Assembly (NCBI GenBank): GCA_038205935.1
Contig: JBBRBK010000051.1
Location: forward strand, 1-14,504
Reading direction: 5' to 3'
DNA length: 14,504 bases
DNA from: Campylobacterales bacterium
GTDB lineage: Bacteria > Campylobacterota > Campylobacteria > Campylobacterales > Sulfurimonadaceae
Positions 1-7,583 of the stretch are shown piece after piece (within the stretch, counting starts at the first letter, position 1; each line of letters starts with the position of its first letter). The position numbers and the translations under genes were made by a program. The notes beneath the pieces were generated by a model. That model did not search any database and had not been told where the DNA came from. It saw only the letters and a list, made by a program, of their open reading frames with translations.

Positions 1-1938
1 CTTTTTTTGAGTGAAACAAAGATAGTCCATAAAATAGTTGTTGAACAATTGGATCGAGCGCAAGTCGTTGGGAAACTCATAAACGACAACCTGCTCTCTT
101 TAAATAATGAGATAAAATTTCTAAGCTCTTTGGATCTTATGGATGATATCTTAGCCGAAGATATCGACAAAAGATTAGCACGTCTCTTAACACAAAAATC
201 ACGTGATATTGGTATCAATAATACCCTCTTAATCATCAATACACAAGGGGAAGTTATCTCATCTTCGAGTGCCAAGCAGTCTGAAAAAAAAATGTTTCAT
301 ATGCAAGGCTTTTCAAATGAAAATAATGGAGAGTATATTCAAGGCGATATCTTATATATCTATTCAAAAATATATGCTTCTTTCGATAAAAAAAAGGAAC
401 TTGGATTTTTAATTTTAGAATATAATTTAAATAATCTCGATATCTATCTGACACATCAAAATAGTATTCACTCTTATATTATAAACCCTGAGAATAATCT
501 TCATATTGGAGAAGATCTTTCCCTTCCTTTAGATTTTAAACAAAAAAATGACAACGTCATCAATAATCAATATGTCATTGTTTACCAAAAGATTCCAACG
601 GTTATGCAAGGCTGGTATATTGTTTATGCTGTAGATAAAAGTGTTGCTTTAACATTTTTTTATGACTTTGTCCGTTTTATGCTTTACATTTCTATTATAA
701 TCTTTATATTTGTCGTTTATCTCTCTTTTAAAATTTCCAAAGGAGTAGTAAAACCCATAGAAGTGCTGACTAGGGCAACAGATGATATCATCAGCACTCA
801 TAACTATACGACTCAACTCGAGATACACACACAAGATGAGATAGCCATACTCACCCATTCATTTAATAATATGCTAAAAATCACTTCACTGGCTTTAGAT
901 AAACTTGAAGAGGAAAATAGACTCAGACTCAAAAGGTTTATCCAACTCATCGAGACTTTTAATACTATTATCCAGACAAAAACAGAAGATGAGTGTATTG
1001 AAACTTCAATCAAGCAGATTAAACTTTTAACCAATAAAAGCGATTTACAGTTTCAAAAAGAGAGCTTAAAACATACAAACAATGAACATATATCCTTACA
1101 TGTAACGAATTTTGAAGATCAATCAACTCACTATTTCGGTGCAATTGATTTAGGTTTTAAAGAGTATGCAGATGACAATGAGCAAAATTTTTATAACTCT
1201 ATTGCCAATATGATCATTTTGCAACTCGATAGAATAAGGCTGATTAACAAGACTATGTCAGCGTCACATGCAAAATCTGCATTTATCTCAAATATGTCAC
1301 ATGAACTCAGAACGCCACTCAATGCCATCATAGGTTTTTCTCAGTATATGATTACCTATGAGGAGCTCAATGATGATCAAAAAGAGGTGATGTTAAATAT
1401 AGAATCCTCGGCACATTATCTCCTTGAAATGATCAACGAAATCCTTGATATCGCTAAAATCGAGGCTGGTAAGATGCAAGCATATCCCGAGGAGACAGAT
1501 GTCTTAGAACTCGTACATGGCTGTTTTAAAATGCTTCAACCGCTAGCTGATGATAAAGGACTAGAATTTCATCTCTCATCTGAGAAGTTTCAAAATAAAA
1601 CATATATAACTGATCCAAAAATGTTTAAACAAATAGTCTTAAACCTTATCTCCAATGCTATCAAATTCACAAAAGAAGGATTTGTAAATCTTGAACTTTC
1701 CAATGATAAAGAGAGCCTGCTCTTTAAAGTGAGCGACAGCGGTATTGGCATCTCTGAAGAAAATATAGATCAGCTTTTTAATGACTTTACCCAAATAGAA
1801 AATGTGATGCAAAAACAGCATAAAGGCACAGGTCTTGGACTTTCACTCAGTAAAAAACTTTCTCACATTTTAGGCGGAGATGTTACGCTTATGAGCGATG
1901 GCATCGGACATGGAACAACATCAAGTTTTACTCTCTAA
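1..1938 (+). CDS. Membrane sensor histidine kinase (periplasmic sensor - TM - HAMP - HisKA - HATPase); probably 5'-truncated by the window edge
   Basis: H-box AFISNMSHELRTPLNAIIG, N-box QIVLNLISNAIKFT, G1 VSDSGIGI, F-box LFNDFTQ, G2 GTGLGLSLSK; TM segment FMLYISIIIFIFVVYLSF followed by HAMP (KPIEVLT...DEIAILTHSFNNM). The frame is open from base 1 and the first TM helix is missing, so the TTG at 7 is unlikely to be the true start. Ends TAA TAG; no receiver domain. Confidence 0.93.
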   Translation, partial: LFLSETKIVHKIVVEQLDRAQVVGKLINDNLLSLNNEIKFLSSLDLMDDILAEDIDKRLARLLTQKSRDIGINNTLLIINTQGEVISSSSAKQSEKKMFHMQGFSNENNGEYIQGDILYIYSKIYASFDKKKELGFLILEYNLNNLDIYLTHQNSIHSYIINPENNLHIGEDLSLPLDFKQKNDNVINNQYVIVYQKIPTVMQGWYIVYAVDKSVALTFFYDFVRFMLYISIIIFIFVVYLSFKISKGVVKPIEVLTRATDDIISTHNYTTQLEIHTQDEIAILTHSFNNMLKITSLALDKLEEENRLRLKRFIQLIETFNTIIQTKTEDECIETSIKQIKLLTNKSDLQFQKESLKHTNNEHISLHVTNFEDQSTHYFGAIDLGFKEYADDNEQNFYNSIANMIILQLDRIRLINKTMSASHAKSAFISNMSHELRTPLNAIIGFSQYMITYEELNDDQKEVMLNIESSAHYLLEMINEILDIAKIEAGKMQAYPEETDVLELVHGCFKMLQPLADDKGLEFHLSSEKFQNKTYITDPKMFKQIVLNLISNAIKFTKEGFVNLELSNDKESLLFKVSDSGIGISEENIDQLFNDFTQIENVMQKQHKGTGLGLSLSKKLSHILGGDVTLMSDGIGHGTTSSFTL

Positions 1939-2013
1939 TAGAAACAAGGAGCATCTCTACTACCGCTTTATTTTAAAGCCCAAAAAAATCACAATTGCTT
2001 TTTAGAGCTCTTG

Positions 2014-2022
2014 TGCTAGAAT
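2014..2022 (+). promoter_or_regulatory. Putative extended -10 promoter element (TG-C-TAGAAT) for the HutZ-like gene
   Basis: TGCTAGAAT lies 20 nt upstream of ATG 2043 and matches TGnTAnAAT. Confidence 0.5.
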
Positions 2023-2042
2023 CCAGCAAAAAGAGACTTAAC

Positions 2043-2519
2043 ATGCAAAAATTTATTTCAAACATTCAAACAGCTATCATCGGTACGATTGACAAAGAAA
2101 ATCTTCCCTTTTCTTCATACGCTCCATACATCTATGACAATAACCGTTTTTACATCTATATCTCAAGTATTGCCACGCATACAAAAAACTTGCAAGCCAA
2201 TCCTAGCGCATCTCTGTTTTTCATAGAAGATGAAAGTAAAACGAAGAATCTTTTTGCCAGAAAACGGATCTCTTTGCAATGTGATTCTATGAAAATTGCA
2301 AGAGATACACAGCGATTTGAAGAAGTCCTTGATCTCTTTAGTCACAAATTTGACGCGTCAATGGTCGAGATGCTCAAAAAGATGACAGACTTTAATCTTT
2401 ATGAGTTACATGTAAAGGCCGGTGAAGCTACTTTTGGCTTTGGTGATGCCTACCTCATCGGAGGCAAAGATATGAACGAGCTAGTTACGCGTCAAGGTGA
2501 CAGCGGGCATAAAGAGTAA
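2043..2519 (+). CDS. HutZ/HugZ-like heme utilisation protein (pyridoxamine 5'-phosphate oxidase-like split barrel), 158 aa
   Basis: Motifs PFSSYAPY, YIYISSIATHTKNL, FIEDE...LFARKR, MTDFNLY, FGFGDAY and a C-terminal His (GDSGHKE), as in HutZ/HugZ. ATG 2043 is preferred over TTG 1995 because of the purine-rich AAGAGA and the promoter motif at 2014-2022. Confidence 0.8.
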   Translation: MQKFISNIQTAIIGTIDKENLPFSSYAPYIYDNNRFYIYISSIATHTKNLQANPSASLFFIEDESKTKNLFARKRISLQCDSMKIARDTQRFEEVLDLFSHKFDASMVEMLKKMTDFNLYELHVKAGEATFGFGDAYLIGGKDMNELVTRQGDSGHKE

Positions 2520-2560
2520 AAAGATAACGAGAATATAACTCGTAAGTTTCTTTATAACAA

Positions 2561-2594
2561 TATAATGCTTTCTAAGGCATAATCATCTTAGAAA
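2561..2594 (+). promoter_or_regulatory. Candidate promoter (TATAAT 2561-2566) with an adjacent perfect 8-bp inverted repeat TTTCTAAG-N10-CTTAGAAA (possible operator)
   Basis: Read directly: arms 2569-2576 and 2587-2594, upstream of the AAGGAG RBS (2600-2605) of the alkene reductase. Confidence 0.5.
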
Positions 2595-2611
2595 TCCAAA
2601 AGGAGTCTTTT

Positions 2612-3685
2612 ATGCATCTTTTTTTACCACTCAAAATCGGAAAATATACTCTCAAAAATAGAATCATTATGGCACCTATGACACGATGTAGAAGTGTTGA
2701 TAATAATATTGCAAATGATTTGATGGCGACTTACTATGCTCAAAGAGCAAGTGCAGGACTCATCATAACAGAGGGATCTCAAATCTCTACAGAGGGAGTT
2801 GGCTATCCTGCAACTCCGGGAATCCATACAGATGCTCAAGTTGAGGGATGGAAAAAAGTAACCGAAGCTGTTCATGACAAAGATGGCAAAATATTTTTGC
2901 AGTTATGGCATGTGGGGAGAATCTCTCACTCTTCATACCACAACGGAACTCCGAGTGTTGCACCCTCTGCCATAAAGCCTTCTGGTCAAATTTATACTTT
3001 TGAGGGAATGAAAGATTTCGAGACACCAAAAGCACTCAGCGTTGATGAGATCAAAAAAATAGTTCAAGATTATGTCAGCGCTGCAAAAAATGCAATAAAA
3101 GCCGGTTTTGACGGGGTTGAAGTGCATGGCGCAAATGGCTATCTTATAGATCAATTCCTTCGAGATGGAACAAACCATAGAACAGACGAATATGGTGGCA
3201 ATGTAGAAAATAGAGCCCGTTTTCTTTTTGAAGTTATAGAAGCGGTAAGTGCTGCAGTCGGTTCAGATAAGGTTGGTGTCAGACTCTCTCCAAGCGGAAC
3301 TTTTAATGACATGAGCGACTCTAATCCTACAAAACATTTTGAATATATATGTCATAAGCTAAATGACTTCAAACTTGCCTACCTTCACGTTATAGATGCT
3401 CTTGAAGGCGATATACGACATGGAGCCAACGTCGTAGACCTTGCCATTCTTAAAGACGCATATAAAGGAGTTCTCATCACATGTGGAGGTTATACCAAAG
3501 AAAAAGCAAACAGAGTTTTAGAAAAACATCAAGCTGATGGCGTAGCATTTGGGACACTTTTCATATCCAACCCCGACCTTCCCCAGCGATTTAAAACAAA
3601 TGCTAAACTGAGTGAATCAGATCCAAGTACCTTTTATACACAAGATGAAAAAGGGTATACAACCTACCCTACTCTACAAAACTAA
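2612..3685 (+). CDS. nemA: Alkene reductase / N-ethylmaleimide reductase (old yellow enzyme family, FMN TIM barrel)
   Basis: NRIIMAPMTR, YYAQRASAGLIITEG, QLWHVGRISH, catalytic GFDGVEVHGANGYLIDQFL, RTDEYGG..ENRARF, NPDLP.RF, GYTTYP; AAGGAG RBS. Confidence 0.92.
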   Translation: MHLFLPLKIGKYTLKNRIIMAPMTRCRSVDNNIANDLMATYYAQRASAGLIITEGSQISTEGVGYPATPGIHTDAQVEGWKKVTEAVHDKDGKIFLQLWHVGRISHSSYHNGTPSVAPSAIKPSGQIYTFEGMKDFETPKALSVDEIKKIVQDYVSAAKNAIKAGFDGVEVHGANGYLIDQFLRDGTNHRTDEYGGNVENRARFLFEVIEAVSAAVGSDKVGVRLSPSGTFNDMSDSNPTKHFEYICHKLNDFKLAYLHVIDALEGDIRHGANVVDLAILKDAYKGVLITCGGYTKEKANRVLEKHQADGVAFGTLFISNPDLPQRFKTNAKLSESDPSTFYTQDEKGYTTYPTLQN

Positions 3686-3699
3686 AGCTAAGGTCCATT

Positions 3700-4779
3700 T
3701 TGAAATATTTATTTTTTATTTTATTTATTTACACCAGTTTACAGGCTGCAACAGCTTTTGAAAGTGCCCTTGAGATCTATAAAAAGGGTGATTATACGAA
3801 CTCTTTTAAAGCTTTTAAAGCCTTGGCAGAAAAAGACAATGATGCAGATGCTTCGTATTATGTGGCTTACATGTACGAAAATGGTCTGGGATGTGAAAAA
3901 GATCAAAAGATGGCATATGAATGGTATAAAAACTCTGCTTCACTTGCCTACAAATCAACTTCATTTGATTCAAATCATGAGATAAAAAAAGAGACTAAAA
4001 AGCTTTATTATCTTCTAGATACTGTAGACACTGAAACTGATACAACCATGAGACAGATGACACAGTCTTTATATAATCTCAAAACATATAAAACTAACTA
4101 TCTTCTTCCTTTTAGCTACAGAACAAATGGTCAATATCCAAATACAAATAACGAAACTTCTAAAAATATAGAAGCAGAGTTTCAACTCAGTGTAAAATTT
4201 GATTTTGCAGCAAATCTTTTAAATTTTAATGAGATATATAGTCTTGGATATACACAGAAATCCTTTTGGCAAGCCTATAGCACTTCTGCGTATTTTCGCG
4301 AATCTAACTACAATCCTGAACTTTTTGTAACAATCCCCATAGCACTAAGCGATGATGCAAAATTTATAAAATCACTCAAACTTGGAATTGCCCACCAATC
4401 AAATGGACAAGGTGGCACAAATGAACGCTCTTGGAACTATGTTAATGCAACAGTTTCTACACAATATAAAAATCTTTTTACAGAGTTTCAATTTTGGAGC
4501 AGATTGCCCGATGATAAAGATTACAACCCTCAATTGTTGGATTATCTCGGGCACGGAGATGTGAAGTTTTCTTTGCCTTGGGATAAAAATCTTTTTACTT
4601 TGCTCCTACGTTCAAATTTTAATAATCACTCAGCAGCAGATTTTAGCTACAGTTATCCGCTCAATGAAAAGGACAACTTCTTTCTTTATATAAAAGCTTT
4701 TAGCGGTTATGGTGAGAGTCTCATCGATTATAATACTTACATCAATAAAATTGGCATAGGTGTGAGTATTTCAAGATAA
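3700..4779 (+). CDS. pldA: Outer-membrane phospholipase A (OMPLA) with signal peptide and an N-terminal Sel1-like repeat
   Basis: TTG start after AAGGT; signal peptide MKYLFFILFIYTSLQA; Sel1 DADASYYVAYMYENGLGCEKDQKMAYEWYKNSA; OMPLA motifs EFQLSVK, YTQKSFWQ, FRESNYNPE, catalytic HQSNG...RSWN, GYGESLIDYN. Confidence 0.9.
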   Translation: MKYLFFILFIYTSLQAATAFESALEIYKKGDYTNSFKAFKALAEKDNDADASYYVAYMYENGLGCEKDQKMAYEWYKNSASLAYKSTSFDSNHEIKKETKKLYYLLDTVDTETDTTMRQMTQSLYNLKTYKTNYLLPFSYRTNGQYPNTNNETSKNIEAEFQLSVKFDFAANLLNFNEIYSLGYTQKSFWQAYSTSAYFRESNYNPELFVTIPIALSDDAKFIKSLKLGIAHQSNGQGGTNERSWNYVNATVSTQYKNLFTEFQFWSRLPDDKDYNPQLLDYLGHGDVKFSLPWDKNLFTLLLRSNFNNHSAADFSYSYPLNEKDNFFLYIKAFSGYGESLIDYNTYINKIGIGVSISR

Positions 4780-4798
4780 AAATATATCGGAGTAATTT

Positions 4799-5518
4799 AT
4801 GCATGAGAATAAGTACCAATGTATAGTATGTAAAAAAAATTACTCTGAAAATGAAGCAGTACCCGCTCCCTTAGTCAGAGAAGATATTTCTAAACTCATT
4901 AAAAAAGATTTTGCTGAGTGGTCAGAAAATTGTTATATCTGTAACAATGATCTTCTGCTTTATAAAAATAGACATTTACAAGAGCTGATAAAAGATGAAA
5001 ATGGAGATGTTTCTGAACTTGACAAAGAGGTTCTTCATAGTTTAGAAAAACATGAACTGATCTCTGAAAATATTGAAGAAGAAATAGAAGATGATCGTAC
5101 AATTGGTGAAAAAATGGCTGATAAAATCGCTGATTTTGGCGGTAGTTGGACTTTTCTCATTAGCTTTTTTCTTTTTCTCTTTATCTGGATTCTCTTTAAC
5201 AGCTATCTGCTTTTCTCTCGTAACACTATTTTTGATCCATATCCTTTTATCCTTTTAAATCTCATCCTCTCATGTATCGCTGCTATCCAAGCGCCTATCA
5301 TTATGATGAGTCAAAATCGCCAATCTGCCAAAGACAGAATACGATCTGAACATGATTATCAAGTCAATCTCAAAGCAGAGATTGAGATCCGTCATCTTCA
5401 TGATAAATTAGACCATTTTCTATCCAAACAATGGGAAAGACTTGTGGAACTTGAAGAGATGCAAATAGACCAGTTAACCCAACTCAGCGAACTTAAAAGC
5501 TCTCTTAAAAAAGATTGA
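4799..5518 (+). CDS. DUF1003 family membrane protein
   Basis: ADKIADFGGSWTF, FDPYPFILLNLILSCIAAIQAPIIMMSQNRQ..KDR...DYQVNLKAEIEIRHLHDKLD; GGAG RBS upstream. Confidence 0.9.
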   Translation: MHENKYQCIVCKKNYSENEAVPAPLVREDISKLIKKDFAEWSENCYICNNDLLLYKNRHLQELIKDENGDVSELDKEVLHSLEKHELISENIEEEIEDDRTIGEKMADKIADFGGSWTFLISFFLFLFIWILFNSYLLFSRNTIFDPYPFILLNLILSCIAAIQAPIIMMSQNRQSAKDRIRSEHDYQVNLKAEIEIRHLHDKLDHFLSKQWERLVELEEMQIDQLTQLSELKSSLKKD

Positions 5519-5590
5519 TTTTTCTTCATAATTTATTTGCCTGACTTAGGATATGATTGTTTATAGACATCTTAACTGAGGAAATTCATT

Positions 5591-6787
5591 ATGAAAAAAA
5601 TATTTTTATTTTTAGCTCTTCTACCCCTGATCCTAATGGCATCCACTGATACACTCTCACAACAAAGATTAGATCAGACGATGGCTCCAATAGCGCTCTA
5701 TCCTGACTCTTTGCTTTCGCAAATTTTAATGGCCTCAACTTATCCCCGAGAAGTTCAAGAAGCCGTGGATTGGTCAAGAGAAAATTCCGATTTACAAGGA
5801 GAAGATGCAGTCCAAGCTGCCGCGTCCAATGATTGGGATCCGAGTGTCACCTCACTTGTAGCATTTCCTCAGGTTCTTGATATGATGGATCAATATCCTT
5901 CTTGGGTTCAAGAGCTAGGAGATGCTTTTTTAGACGAGCCAGATATGGTCATGGATAGCGTACAACGTTTACGCTTGCAAGCCCAAAGAAACGGCTATCT
6001 CACGAGTTCACAAAAGCAAAAAATAATCATGCAAGAAGATGATCGAGGTATAAGAACAATTATTATCGAGCCAACGTATGCAAATACAGTGTATGTACCC
6101 GTATATGATCCGATGCGAGTTTACGGACAATGGTCTTATCCAAGATATACACCATTTTATTATTATCCATCATCTTTTTATATGGCACCGGGAATATTCT
6201 TTGGATTTTCACTTGGAATCGCAGTAGGAGATGTTATGTGGAGTAGCTTTGATTGGCATCATCATGATGTTTATATTAATGTACCTAGATATAATACTTT
6301 TTATACAAATAGAAGAATCAACACAAATCAAAAAAACATATCTTGGAAAAATGATTGGCGCTCGAATCATCCACATCCAGTAAAGTACAACAAACCACAA
6401 ACACAGCGCATATTTATTCAAAACAATGACCGTAAGCCAGCTGACAGAGTTTTTAAAACTAATGATCGTAAGCCAGATCAGAAAATTATCAGAACCAATG
6501 ATCGCAAACCTGAGGATAAAATTATCAGAAACGTTGATCGTAAACCAGATGACAGAACTCTCAAAACCAATGATCGTAAGACAGATCAGAAAATTATCAG
6601 AACCAATGATCGCAAACCTGAGGATAAAATTATCAGAAATGTTGATCGTAAACCAGATGACAGAACTCTCAAAACCAATGATCGTAAGACAGATGACAAA
6701 AATGTCAGAAATAATGATCGTAAAGCTGATGATGGAAATAGTAATTCTGATGATAGAAATAACTTCCAACATGGTCAACGAAACTAA
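5591..6787 (+). CDS. Secreted DUF3300 family protein with a charged 12-aa tandem-repeat C-terminal tail
   Basis: Signal peptide; LDQTMAPIALYPDSLLSQILMASTYP, WDPSVTSLVAFPQVL, LGDAFL, VMDSVQRLR, IIIEP...VYVPVYDP..VYG.W; GAGG RBS. Confidence 0.88.
   Translation: MKKIFLFLALLPLILMASTDTLSQQRLDQTMAPIALYPDSLLSQILMASTYPREVQEAVDWSRENSDLQGEDAVQAAASNDWDPSVTSLVAFPQVLDMMDQYPSWVQELGDAFLDEPDMVMDSVQRLRLQAQRNGYLTSSQKQKIIMQEDDRGIRTIIIEPTYANTVYVPVYDPMRVYGQWSYPRYTPFYYYPSSFYMAPGIFFGFSLGIAVGDVMWSSFDWHHHDVYINVPRYNTFYTNRRINTNQKNISWKNDWRSNHPHPVKYNKPQTQRIFIQNNDRKPADRVFKTNDRKPDQKIIRTNDRKPEDKIIRNVDRKPDDRTLKTNDRKTDQKIIRTNDRKPEDKIIRNVDRKPDDRTLKTNDRKTDDKNVRNNDRKADDGNSNSDDRNNFQHGQRN
6425..6748 (+). repeat. In-frame coding tandem repeat: nine 36-bp units ((N/V)DRK(P/T/A)(D/E/A)xxxxxx) containing a higher-order 108-bp duplication
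   Basis: Units start at 6425, 6461, 6497, 6533, 6569, 6605, 6641, 6677 and 6713. 6461-6568 and 6569-6676 differ at only 2 positions (CCA/ACA, AAC/AAT). Confidence 0.95.
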
Positions 6788-6833
6788 TCTCAGGAACTAG
6801 TTTAATATTTTTTGCAAATTATTATTTTTTTTC

Positions 6834-6842
6834 TGTTACGAT
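6834..6842 (+). promoter_or_regulatory. Putative extended -10 (TG-T-TACGAT) for sodB and the downstream cluster
   Basis: Preceded by a very AT-rich tract and followed by the AAGGAG RBS and ATG 6876. Confidence 0.4.
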
Positions 6843-6875
6843 GATAACTGAAACTTATATATCAAGGAGTGTAAA

Positions 6876-7556
6876 ATGAACTTTGAACTAATGTCGCTGC
6901 CTTTTGAAAAGGCAGCATTAGAACCATATATTTCCTCTGAAACGATAACTTACCATCATGGTAAACATCATGCTGGTTATGTCAACAAGCTAAACGCCCT
7001 TATCGAAGGTGGCGATTACGCGGATAAACCTTTAGAATATATCATCAAATACGCTGGTGGTGCAATTTTCAATAATGCCGCTCAAGTGTACAACCACGAT
7101 TTTTACTGGCATGGACTCTCAAAAAATGCCACCTCTTGTTCCGTAGAACTTTCAGATATGATCATAAAAGCTTTTGGCTCAGAAGATGAATTTAAAAAAT
7201 CATTTTTAGCGAAGGCTGCGGCTCTTTTTGGTTCAGGATGGGTGTGGCTTGTCCTAACCAAAGAAGGTAATCTCGCAATAGCCGAGTTTTCAAATGCGGA
7301 CAATCCATTGCGCCATGAGCTGGTACCTTTGCTTACATGTGATGTCTGGGAACATGCATATTACATAGACTATCGTAACGGCAGAGCTGATTATCTTGAA
7401 AATTGGTGGAAACTCATAAACTGGCAGTTTGTCTCAGATAATCTTGCCGCTATAGAAAATGACCCGCTTACAGGATATGCTCAAGTCTGTAACGAAGATA
7501 ATGAAGTGTGTGACTATATCGATATCATGCAAGAGCATGAGCGTACGCCCTCATAA
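6876..7556 (+). CDS. sodB: Fe-type superoxide dismutase with a ~36-aa C-terminal extension
   Basis: ALEPYIS.ETITYHHGKHHAGYV, Fe-type FNNAAQVYNH (rather than the Mn-type GGH), FGSGWVWL, DVWEHAYYIDYRN; AAGGAG RBS. Confidence 0.95.
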   Translation: MNFELMSLPFEKAALEPYISSETITYHHGKHHAGYVNKLNALIEGGDYADKPLEYIIKYAGGAIFNNAAQVYNHDFYWHGLSKNATSCSVELSDMIIKAFGSEDEFKKSFLAKAAALFGSGWVWLVLTKEGNLAIAEFSNADNPLRHELVPLLTCDVWEHAYYIDYRNGRADYLENWWKLINWQFVSDNLAAIENDPLTGYAQVCNEDNEVCDYIDIMQEHERTPS

Positions 7557-7583
7557 TGATCTAGCAATCTTGTAAAGGACATT

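Noticed and set aside
1965..1979. GCTTTA-TTT-TAAAGC hairpin as terminator of the kinase gene
   Set aside because: The stem is weak and AT-rich with a 3-nt loop and is followed by an A-tract rather than a U-tract on the + strand.
1995..2042. TTG-start N-terminal extension of the HutZ-like gene
   Set aside because: The segment contains the promoter-like TGCTAGAAT, and family similarity begins after ATG 2043.
6425..6748. Possible CRISPR array (36-bp periodicity)
   Set aside because: The units are contiguous with no unique spacers, vary at codon level, are in frame within a CDS, and no cas genes are present.
6209..6800. Overlapping ORFs 6209-6778 (-, 189 aa) and 6426-6800 (+, 124 aa)
   Set aside because: They are shadow frames kept open by the tandem repeat, with no RBS or recognisable motif.
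6801..6832. Fur/PerR-like box upstream of sodB (TTTGCAAA palindrome, AAATTATTATTT)
   Set aside because: The region is extremely AT-rich, so such matches are expected by chance; there is no convincing consensus match.
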